A stretch of 64,000 nt of DNA, from NCBI GenBank assembly GCA_043228905.1, contig JBHGNT010000010.1, positions 13,268,001-13,332,000 of the forward strand, read 5' to 3'. This document shows, one piece after another, positions 1-8,856 of this stretch; position 1 is the first letter of the stretch; the number at the start of each line of letters is the position of its first letter. A program made the translations under genes and the position numbers. Source of the DNA: Azolla caroliniana (Eukaryota > Plantae > Polypodiophyta). The notes beneath the pieces are model-generated. The model saw only the letters and a list, made by a program, of their open reading frames with translations, was not told the origin of the DNA and searched no databases.

Positions 1-287
1 AGTCGGAAGAGCAAGGACAAAATTAAAATAGAATTAATATAATTTCGTCAAGTAAAAATTTATAGTAAGTTAGTTAGAATTGTTTTGTTGTAGTTCTTGT
101 CGAAGAAGGCAAGTGTAATCACCTATAAAAAGGGTCCGAGAGCATTGTAATGTCATCGTTCTATTTTGAGTAATATAAGTTAGTAGTTTAGTATATCTGT
201 TGTGTCGACTACATTGTGTTGCATCTTCTAACTGTTTCTGTGTCGAACATTCGAATACAGTATATGCTACCTAATTATATTATAACG
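1..287 (+). repeat. Probable 3' part of an LTR (AT-rich, TATA-like CTATAAAAAGGG at ~123) abutting copia A
   Basis: Non-coding, LTR-like composition and TATA box; no partner copy or TSD is visible in the window. Confidence 0.3.
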
Positions 288-343
288 AGCAGTTGATCAT
301 CAATGCATGTTAACTATAATAACTATTCTTTCTATATCAGTCT

Positions 344-1406
344 TTGAGTATAGGACTAGTTATCATGCAAGGGTGTCGTGAAGGGAGGATGTTCATCCTC
401 GACACCAATAAAGCCGGAACGGTGCTGTTCGCGAAAGGACAAAAGGTCGAGTCGGACATCAATCTGTGGCACAAGCGGTTTGACCACGTTAACTTCCCAC
501 GTCTTCGTGAAATGCAGATGAAGAACATTGTTTTCGCCTTGCCGAAATTTCGGGGTCATAATGGCCAAGTCTGCGAATGATGTCAACTCGGGAAGCAGCA
601 CAGATTTCCATTCCCCAATGAGCGTAATCGTAGTTGAAATCCACTAGATTTGATCCATTTGCATGTGTGGGGACCGGCACAGAACGTGAGTCTCGGTGGA
701 AGCCGTTACTTCGTAACCTTCATCGATGACTTCACTCGGCACACCTAGGCGTGCTTGATCGCGAAAAGGAGCGAAGACTTCGCTGTTTCCTGAAGGTGAA
801 GAACCTTGCGGAAAGGGAAACATGGCGTAAGATCAAGTGCCTATGGTCCGATGGCGGGAAGGAGTACTTCTCCAACTAGTTCACGAGTTATCTACAGAAG
901 GGGGGAATTCGACGCGAATCCTCGTGTAGATATACGTCGGAGCAGAACGACGTAGCCGAGCGAAAGAATCAGATAATCGAAGAAGCCGCCAGGGCAATGC
1001 TTGCAGAGAAGCAAATGGCAAAGTTTTACTAGGTTGAAGCCGTAATGATGACTGTTTACTTGTAGAATCAGACCTCTGCTAATGGAGGAGTGTTGCCACA
1101 TGAGTTGTATTACGGCAAGAAGCTGAACTTGGCACACTTGAGGATTTTCGGCAAAATTACATATGTGTATGTGCCGAAGGAGAAGAGAAGGAAGCTGGAT
1201 GCCAAAGCCGAGAAGTGTATCTTGGTCAGCTATTCAGACAAGTAGAAAGGGTATAAGTGTTATAACTCCCGGACAAAGGAAGTTTGCGTAAGCTGAGATG
1301 TCGTGTTCGACGAGTCCTCTTCGTGGTACTTGCCTTCACCTCCAACACCTCAAGACTCCATTCTGAGTTCTGAAGAAGAGGTCAGCGAGGCCGAGCTGCC
1401 TCCCTA
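344..1406 (+). pseudogene. Copia element A: GAG-pre-integrase and integrase remnant
   Basis: LWHKRFDHVN, LDLIHxxVWGP, YFVTFIDDFTR, EQNDVAERKN and KLDAKAEKCILV motifs read across many stops and frameshifts. Confidence 0.9.
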
Positions 1407-2336
1407 AACCCTTTTCCTCGCTAGAAGACTATGTTCACCATGCTAGAACCCAAATCCAAAAATTGGGTCTAGAAGGGGACAATTGGTTAATAGCTTGTTT
1501 TGTCAATGGCATCCCCAATTCGGACTATCACTAGATAGTGCACGATAAGGATCCAAAATCCTTCGAAGAGGCCATTGAAATAGTTCTTCGCTATCAACGC
1601 ACTTCGAGGAAGAACCACAACAAACCCAATGAAGCGCCCGGGACTAAGAAGTCGCAATTCACTGGGAAACGCAAGACACCCAACAAATTCATGGATCGCA
1701 ATTGTAAGCGACAACATCCTTTTTGCGTATTCTGCAAAAAGAAGGGTCATACAAAAGAGCAATGTCGAAAGCTCCAACAGAAAGAGCATGATAGTAATGC
1801 TAAAGTTGCAGACCATAAAGGTCAGATTCATAATGTCCTTCAAGTCTATACATATCATTTAAGTGATTGTCAATGTTCTTTCCCTCACTATGTATTGGGT
1901 CCCAATGATTTACTATGTGCAAATGGGTTATTCAATGGATCTCCCGTACAATTTTTGTTTCATTCGGGAAGCTCACACAACTTTGTGAATGATAGTTTGG
2001 TTCATATATGGGGAATCCAACCCATCGTAAGTGATCACACCTATACGATGCACTTGGCTGATGGAAGAGTACAATACATCAATGGGGCAATTCATTCATT
2101 AGGAATTTCTATTGCTACTTATATAGAGGACGTAGACTTCCATGTAATGAATCTTTGTACCATTGATGTAATATTGGGTTATCCCTGGTTCTATAATAAA
2201 AACTCTTCTTTATCTGTTGATTGGGTTCATCATTCAATAACATTTGTATTGAATGATTGTACTCATTTTATTCAATGTGTAAAAAAACAATCCCTCTCGG
2301 TTGTTTCCTCTCCATCAATATCCAAGTTGTCTTGTT
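1407..2336 (+). pseudogene. Gypsy fragment B: gag zinc knuckle and protease, interrupted by element G
   Basis: CVFCKKKGHTKEQC (CX2CX4HX4C); FLFHSGSSHNF (decayed DSG protease) and DVILGYPW; continues at 18217 after the TTGTT TSD. Confidence 0.85.
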
Positions 2337-2808
2337 TGTTATTCTCTTAGCCGGACAAGGCCTAACACAAGGTGTCACGGAGACACTTCACCAAAGGGTG
2401 ATTACGGCATAGGATTAAGATTCAACGATTACACCGACTTACGTAGGTTACACGATTAGATTGCTTTGGTTAATTACACGCGTAAGATATAACAGTGATT
2501 ACAGAACGGAAATCAAGACAGAAGTATAAACATCAGAATCTCTATTAATTATCCGCTCTCATTACAATAGGGTCCGGGCCTTTAAATAGGTTTCCGGCCC
2601 GTAGTACAAAACGGTGCCTCTCGCACCTATTCGGGATCCGTCCGGATCTGGAACGGCATACCGTTTCCAGTCCGTCCGTCCACACTATGCTTATCTACAA
2701 CCATATCTAATTAATTCCTTCACTCCGTAATTTGGACTCCTTGCCGGCCGGTAACACATGGCACGCCCGTGGGACAGTACCTTGTACGTCGAACCCTTCT
2801 CGGCCCCT

Positions 2809-5181
2809 TCATTGTTCACCCAAATTGTCCAAATTACTTTGTTCAAGAATTTCCACTTGTTCTTCCGGTTGTGGTTGTTGCGGCTGTGCTTGCTGCTGCT
2901 GCTGTGGTTGCGGTTGGGACTGAGGTTGCGCCGGCTGCTCTGCTTGCTGCTGCTGCTCCGTTTGCTTCGCTGACTCCGGCTGCTCCGTTTGTCTCTCTGG
3001 CTCCGGCATCTCCGTTTGACTGCTTCCGGTTCGGTCTCCTTCCAGTAACGGTTCCTCATCACTGAGGTTGACCGTAACTGGTTCTCGTTCTTTCTCTCCC
3101 CGGAGCCGGGACCTCTCGTAGCTTTCAAACTGGATCTGCGCCTCCAGCCTGTCGTCGTCCAGCTGAGCTACAAGTTGCCGGACTTGCTCTAGTTGGTCCT
3201 CTGCCAAGGCTTGAAAGTCTTCGGCAAGCTCATCCCTTATGCCGGTGAAGTCTTCGGAAGTCAGCATATAGCAATCATCTCCCTCCTTCCGCCGGTTCTC
3301 TACGTCAGCCCGGAGCAATTGGAGTTCCGCCGCGTTCGTGGCCCACTTGGTCCACCATTTGGCAGAACCGTTGTCAATCAAGCTCTTGGTCTGGTTCAAC
3401 CAGGCCCGCATTATATCTTGGATGCGACTTGCTCCCATTTGAGCTCTGCTTTCCACCACTTGTCGCTCCTCCTTCAACTGCTTGATGAGGTTTGCCGTAT
3501 CCTCCGCCTGCTCTCTGTAGCGCGTCAGCTGCCCTTGATATGTCGTTTGCAGCCTCTGCAGTACCTCTGCCGCTCTTTCTTTTTCCGCCTGCTGTTGCCT
3601 GAGGAGCTCTGTCCGAACCTTCTCCGCCTCTTCCAACCGTCTTCTGTTTTCCGCTTGTTCCTTAGCGAATGCGGTTGCGGTCCGATCAACTGCTTGCCGG
3701 AGCTCATCCGTCCGTTCCTTGTGCTCCGTTTGCAACCGTTTATACTCCCGGTGCAATTGCTCAAATTCCTCCGTTTTTTGTTTGAGCTTGCCGTTGATCT
3801 GGCGATGGTTCCGGTCCTCCCGGTCCTTTACCTGCCGGAGTTCCTCTTTCAGGCTCTCTACTTCTGTTTCGGCGTTCCTCCGGAGCCTCTCCTTCTCTTG
3901 CAGCATTTTCTCCTTCTCCTCCTTGAGCCGGTCGTATGCTTGGTGGCCTTTCCGTAAGCTCTCCTCGGCCCGGCGTAGATTCTCAGCAGTCTTTTTGAGT
4001 TCTGCCTCCGCTGCCGTCTTCAATTCTCTTTCGCGGCTCCTCAGCGCTTCTTGGGCAGCTAGCTCATCCTTTAAATCCGCAAGCTCTTGGGCTTGTGCCG
4101 CATTTCTCTCCGGAACGGTTTCCGTTGCCGGGGTCTGATTGCTATGTACAGGGTGATTTGACACTTTATTCTGTACATTGCCCGGAGTCACCGGTGCTTG
4201 GACTTGTGTTTCCCTTGTGACCCTGTCCAAGTCTTGTTCAAGGCTCCGGATTCTGGACCGGGCCGTCTCTAGATCTACGGTTGTGACGAGCAACCGTTCC
4301 TGGTGCGCTCTCTCTTCCGCCTCTATATACTCGACCACTCCGGCGATTTGCTCGCCTACCCACCGTAGCCACATGCTACTGGTGCCCTGTTGCTGTACTG
4401 GTCGGGTCGGCTCATTCACCGTGGAATTGTCTGGCCTGCTTGCCTGCATATGCCGTTCTGGTTCTACTCCTTGGCCGCCGTGTGCTCTGGCTGGGCTCGC
4501 CGGCTGTTGAGTTCCGGTTCTCGCCGTTTCCGGAGCCGTTGGACTGACTTCTTCTATAGAAGTCGACAAGACCGGTTCCCTACGCACCGGTTCCGGTTCT
4601 TCCCTTGTGGTTTGCTCAGGTTGAGTTGGGGGCGTTTCTGCCTCTCGCGGGTACGACCGCTCCCCTCCTGTCTCGGCGGTCCTACTTCTCGACCGTCGTT
4701 GGAGGTGCTCTTCTGGCTCCTCCGTTTCCTCTTCCTGTGTCACGGCATGTTTCTGTGCCGTCAAGGGTTCCGGTTCCTTCTGTCCTGGTCTCCGTAAGGT
4801 TATCTTGACGGGTCGGACCGGTGACACCTCCTCCGGTTCTGGGACCCGTTTCTTCCCTTTCGTCGCCTTCGACGCCAGCAGCTGCTGTCGTTTGGACGCC
4901 GGCTTCGAGGTGCTTCCTTCCGATACTCTTGGCCGCTTCTTTGGCTGGACGGTCTCGACCGGCGGCACGAGCAATGTTATCCATTGAGCTACGGCGTGCC
5001 ACAGCTTCCGGCCCTCCTTGCCGTCCTTCCCTCGTACCATGTCGATTGCCATGCACAACCCGTCTGCAATCAACACCGGCCAGTCCACCTTGACCCCTTC
5101 ATAGGTGGCTATGATCATCCCTGCCCGATTTTTTGGCATGACAGGGGGTCGGGGGTACACGTGACCGTACTCATGGAGCAC
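2809..5181 (-). CDS. 5'-truncated copy of G extra ORF (coiled-coil part), tandem unit 1
   Basis: Matches the C-terminal 790 aa of ORF 8857-11835; the ORF-track start is GTG and the first in-frame ATG is at MPKNRAG. Confidence 0.6.
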   Translation of the reverse strand: MLHEYGHVYPRPPVMPKNRAGMIIATYEGVKVDWPVLIADGLCMAIDMVRGKDGKEGRKLWHAVAQWITLLVPPVETVQPKKRPRVSEGSTSKPASKRQQLLASKATKGKKRVPEPEEVSPVRPVKITLRRPGQKEPEPLTAQKHAVTQEEETEEPEEHLQRRSRSRTAETGGERSYPREAETPPTQPEQTTREEPEPVRREPVLSTSIEEVSPTAPETARTGTQQPASPARAHGGQGVEPERHMQASRPDNSTVNEPTRPVQQQGTSSMWLRWVGEQIAGVVEYIEAEERAHQERLLVTTVDLETARSRIRSLEQDLDRVTRETQVQAPVTPGNVQNKVSNHPVHSNQTPATETVPERNAAQAQELADLKDELAAQEALRSRERELKTAAEAELKKTAENLRRAEESLRKGHQAYDRLKEEKEKMLQEKERLRRNAETEVESLKEELRQVKDREDRNHRQINGKLKQKTEEFEQLHREYKRLQTEHKERTDELRQAVDRTATAFAKEQAENRRRLEEAEKVRTELLRQQQAEKERAAEVLQRLQTTYQGQLTRYREQAEDTANLIKQLKEERQVVESRAQMGASRIQDIMRAWLNQTKSLIDNGSAKWWTKWATNAAELQLLRADVENRRKEGDDCYMLTSEDFTGIRDELAEDFQALAEDQLEQVRQLVAQLDDDRLEAQIQFESYERSRLRGEKEREPVTVNLSDEEPLLEGDRTGSSQTEMPEPERQTEQPESAKQTEQQQQAEQPAQPQSQPQPQQQQQAQPQQPQPEEQVEILEQSNLDNLGEQ

Positions 5182-5832
5182 TCGAGCTATCTCCCTGAAT
5201 AGCGGATCTTCGCCGCCCTGCGTCCGATAGCCTTTGCCGGCAACAGAGTACTCACCGAAATATCGGGTGAGTTGCTCCGAGGTTGGGTTATCGATCTGAA
5301 AGATTCCTCCCTCCGGAAGGCCTGTTAGCGCGCGGATCGCTTCCTCGGTGATGACCTCTGTGTTATTCTCTTAGCCGGACAAGGCCTAACACAAGGTGTC
5401 ACGGAGACACTTCACCAAAGGGTGATTACGGCATAGGATTAAGATTCAACGATTACACCGACTTACGTAGGTTACACGATTAGATTGCTTTGGTTAATTA
5501 CACGCGTAAGATATAACAGTGATTACAGAACGGAAATCAAGACAGAAGTATAAACATCAGAATCTCTATTAATTATCCGCTGTCATTACAATAGGGTCCG
5601 GGCCTTTAAATAGGTTTCCGGCCCGTAGTACAAAACGGTGCCTCTCGCACCTATTCGGGATCCGTCCGGATCTGGAACGGCATACCGTTTCCAGTCCGTC
5701 CGTCCACACTATGCTTATCTACAACCATATCTAATTAATTCCTTCACTCCGTAATTTGGACTCCTTGCCGGCCGGTAACACATGGCACGCCCGTGGGACA
5801 GTACCTTGTACGTCGAACCCTTCTCGGCCCCT

Positions 5833-8205
5833 TCATTGTTCACCCAAATTGTCCAAATTACTTTGTTCAAGAATTTCCACTTGTTCTTCCGGTTGTGGTT
5901 GTTGCGGCTGTGCTTGCTGCTGCTGCTGTGGTTGCGGTTGGGACTGAGGTTGCGCCGGCTGCTCTGCTTGCTGCTGCTGCTCCGTTTGCTTCGCTGACTC
6001 CGGCTGCTCCGTTTGTCTCTCTGGCTCCGGCATCTCCGTTTGACTGCTTCCGGTTCGGTCTCCTTCCAGTAACGGTTCCTCATCACTGAGGTTGACCGTA
6101 ACTGGTTCTCGTTCTTTCTCTCCCCGGAGCCAGGACCTCTCGTAGCTTTCAAACTGGATCTGCGCCTCCAGCCTGTCGTCGTCCAGCTGAGCTACAAGTT
6201 GCCGGACTTGCTCTAGTTGGTCCTCTGCCAAGGCTTGAAAGTCTTCGGCAAGCTCATCCCTTATGCCGGTGAAGTCTTCGGAAGTCAGCATATAGCAATC
6301 ATCTCCCTCCTTCCGCCGGTTCTCTACGTCAGCCCGGAGCAATTGGAGTTCCGCCGCGTTCGTGGCCCACTTGGTCCACCATTTGGCAGAACCGTTGTCA
6401 ATCAAGCTCTTGGTCTGGTTCAACCAGGCCCGCATTATATCTTGGATGCGACTTGCTCCCATTTGAGCTCTGCTTTCCACCACTTGTCGCTCCTCCTTCA
6501 ACTGCTTGATGAGGTTTGCCGTATCCTCCGCCTGCTCTCTGTAGCGCGTCAGCTGCCCTTGATATGTCGTTTGCAGCCTTTGCAGTACCTCTGCCGCTCT
6601 TTCTTTTTCCGCCTGCTGTTGCCTGAGGAGCTCTGTCCGAACCTTCTCCGCCTCTTCCAACCGTCTTCTGTTTTCCGCTTGTTCCTTAGCGAATGCGGTT
6701 GCGGTCCGATCAACTGCTTGCCGGAGCTCATCCGTCCGTTCCTTGTGCTCCGTTTGCAACCGTTTATACTCCCGGTGCAATTGCTCAAATTCCTCCGTTT
6801 TTTGTTTGAGCTTGCCGTTGATCTGGCGATGGTTCCGGTCCTCCCGGTCCTTTACCTGCCGGAGTTCCTCTTTCAGGCTCTCTACTTCTGTTTCGGCGTT
6901 CCTCCGGAGCCTCTCCTTCTCTTGCAGCATTTTCTCCTTCTCCTCCTTGAGCCGGTCGTATGCTTGGTGGCCTTTCCGTAAGCTCTCCTCGGCCCGGCGT
7001 AGATTCTCAGCAGTCTTTTTGAGTTCTGCCTCCGCTGCCGTCTTCAATTCTCTTTCGCGGCTCCTCAGCGCTTCTTGGGCAGCTAGCTCATCCTTTAAAT
7101 CCGCAAGCTCTTGGGCTTGTGCCGCATTTCTCTCCGGAACGGTTTCCGTTGCCGGGGTCTGATTGCTATGTACAGGGTGATTTGACACTTTATTCTGTAC
7201 ATTGCCCGGAGTCACCGGTGCTTGGACTTGTGTTTCCCTTGTGACCCTGTCCAAGTCTTGTTCAAGGCTCCGGATTCTGGACCGGGCCGTCTCTAGATCT
7301 ACGGTTGTGACGAGCAACCGTTCCTGGTGCGCTCTCTCTTCCGCCTCTATATACTCGACCACTCCGGCGATTTGCTCGCCTACCCACCGTAGCCACATGC
7401 TACTGGTGCCCTGTTGCTGTACTGGTCGGGTCGGCTCATTCACCGTGGAATTGTCTGGCCTGCTTGCCTGCATATGCCGTTCTGGTTCTACTCCTTGGCC
7501 GCCGTGTGCTCTGGCTGGGCTCGCCGGCTGTTGAGTTCCGGTTCTCGCCGTTTCCGGAGCCGTTGGACTGACTTCTTCTATAGAAGTCGACAAGACCGGT
7601 TCCCTACGCACCGGTTCCGGTTCTTCCCTTGTGGTTTGCTCAGGTTGAGTTGGGGGCGTTTCTGCCTCTCGCGGGTACGACCGCTCCCCTCCTGTCTCGG
7701 CGGTCCTACTTCTCGACCGTCGTTGGAGGTGCTCTTCTGGCTCCTCCGTTTCCTCTTCCTGTGTCACGGCATGTTTCTGTGCCGTCAAGGGTTCCGGTTC
7801 CTTCTGTCCTGGTCTCCGTAAGGTTATCTTGACGGGTCGGACCGGTGACACCTCCTCCGGTTCTGGGACCCGTTTCTTCCCTTTCGTCGCCTTCGACGCC
7901 AGCAGCTGCTGTCGTTTGGACGCCGGCTTCGAGGTGCTTCCTTCCGATACTCTTGGCCGCTTCTTTGGCTGGACGGTCTCGACCGGCGGCACGAGCAATG
8001 TTATCCATTGAGCTACGGCGTGCCACAGCTTCCGGCCCTCCTTGCCGTCCTTCCCTCGTACCATGTCGATTGCCATGCACAACCCGTCTGCAATCAACAC
8101 CGGCCAGTCCACCTTGACCCCTTCATAGGTGGCTATGATCATCCCTGCCCGATTTTTTGGCATGACAGGGGGTCGGGGGTACACGTGACCGTACTCATGG
8201 AGCAC
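5833..8205 (-). CDS. 5'-truncated copy of G extra ORF, tandem unit 2
   Basis: As unit 1, with one R>W change (SNP at 6132). Confidence 0.6.
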   Translation of the reverse strand: MLHEYGHVYPRPPVMPKNRAGMIIATYEGVKVDWPVLIADGLCMAIDMVRGKDGKEGRKLWHAVAQWITLLVPPVETVQPKKRPRVSEGSTSKPASKRQQLLASKATKGKKRVPEPEEVSPVRPVKITLRRPGQKEPEPLTAQKHAVTQEEETEEPEEHLQRRSRSRTAETGGERSYPREAETPPTQPEQTTREEPEPVRREPVLSTSIEEVSPTAPETARTGTQQPASPARAHGGQGVEPERHMQASRPDNSTVNEPTRPVQQQGTSSMWLRWVGEQIAGVVEYIEAEERAHQERLLVTTVDLETARSRIRSLEQDLDRVTRETQVQAPVTPGNVQNKVSNHPVHSNQTPATETVPERNAAQAQELADLKDELAAQEALRSRERELKTAAEAELKKTAENLRRAEESLRKGHQAYDRLKEEKEKMLQEKERLRRNAETEVESLKEELRQVKDREDRNHRQINGKLKQKTEEFEQLHREYKRLQTEHKERTDELRQAVDRTATAFAKEQAENRRRLEEAEKVRTELLRQQQAEKERAAEVLQRLQTTYQGQLTRYREQAEDTANLIKQLKEERQVVESRAQMGASRIQDIMRAWLNQTKSLIDNGSAKWWTKWATNAAELQLLRADVENRRKEGDDCYMLTSEDFTGIRDELAEDFQALAEDQLEQVRQLVAQLDDDRLEAQIQFESYERSWLRGEKEREPVTVNLSDEEPLLEGDRTGSSQTEMPEPERQTEQPESAKQTEQQQQAEQPAQPQSQPQPQQQQQAQPQQPQPEEQVEILEQSNLDNLGEQ

Positions 8206-8856
8206 TCGAGCTATCTCCCTGAATAGCGGATCTTCGCCGCCCTGCGTCCGATAGCCTTTGCCGGCAACAGAGTACTCACCGAAATATCGGGTGAGTTGCT
8301 CCGAGGTTGGGTTATCGATCTGAAAGATTCCTCCCTCCGGAAGGCCTGTTAGCGCGCGGATCGCTTCCTCGGTGATGACCTCTGTGTTATTCTCTTAGCC
8401 GGACAAGGCCTAACACAAGGTGTCACGGAGACACTTCACCAAAGGGTGATTACGGCATAGGATTAAGATTCAACGATTACACCGACTTACGTAGGTTACA
8501 CGATTAGATTGCTTTGGTTAATTACACGCGTAAGATATAACAGTGATTACAGAACGGAAATCAAGACAGAAGTATAAACATCAGAATCTCTATTAATTAT
8601 CCGTTGTCATTACAATAGGGTCCGGGCCTTTAAATAGGTTTCCGGCCCGTAGTACAAAACGGTGCCTCTCGCACCTATTCGGGATCCGTCCGGATCTGGA
8701 ACGGCATACCGTTTCCAGTCCGTCCGTCCACACTATGCTTATCTACAACCATATCTAATTAATTCCTTCACTCCGTAATTTGGACTCCTTGCCGGCCGGT
8801 AACACATGGCACGCCCGTGGGACAGTACCTTGTACGTCGAACCCTTCTCGGCCCCT

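Noticed and set aside
5351-5370. LTR-to-ORF2 junction as a retrotransposed spliced subgenomic RNA
   Set aside because: No placement of the breakpoint within the CACAG overlap gives both a GT donor and an AG acceptor.
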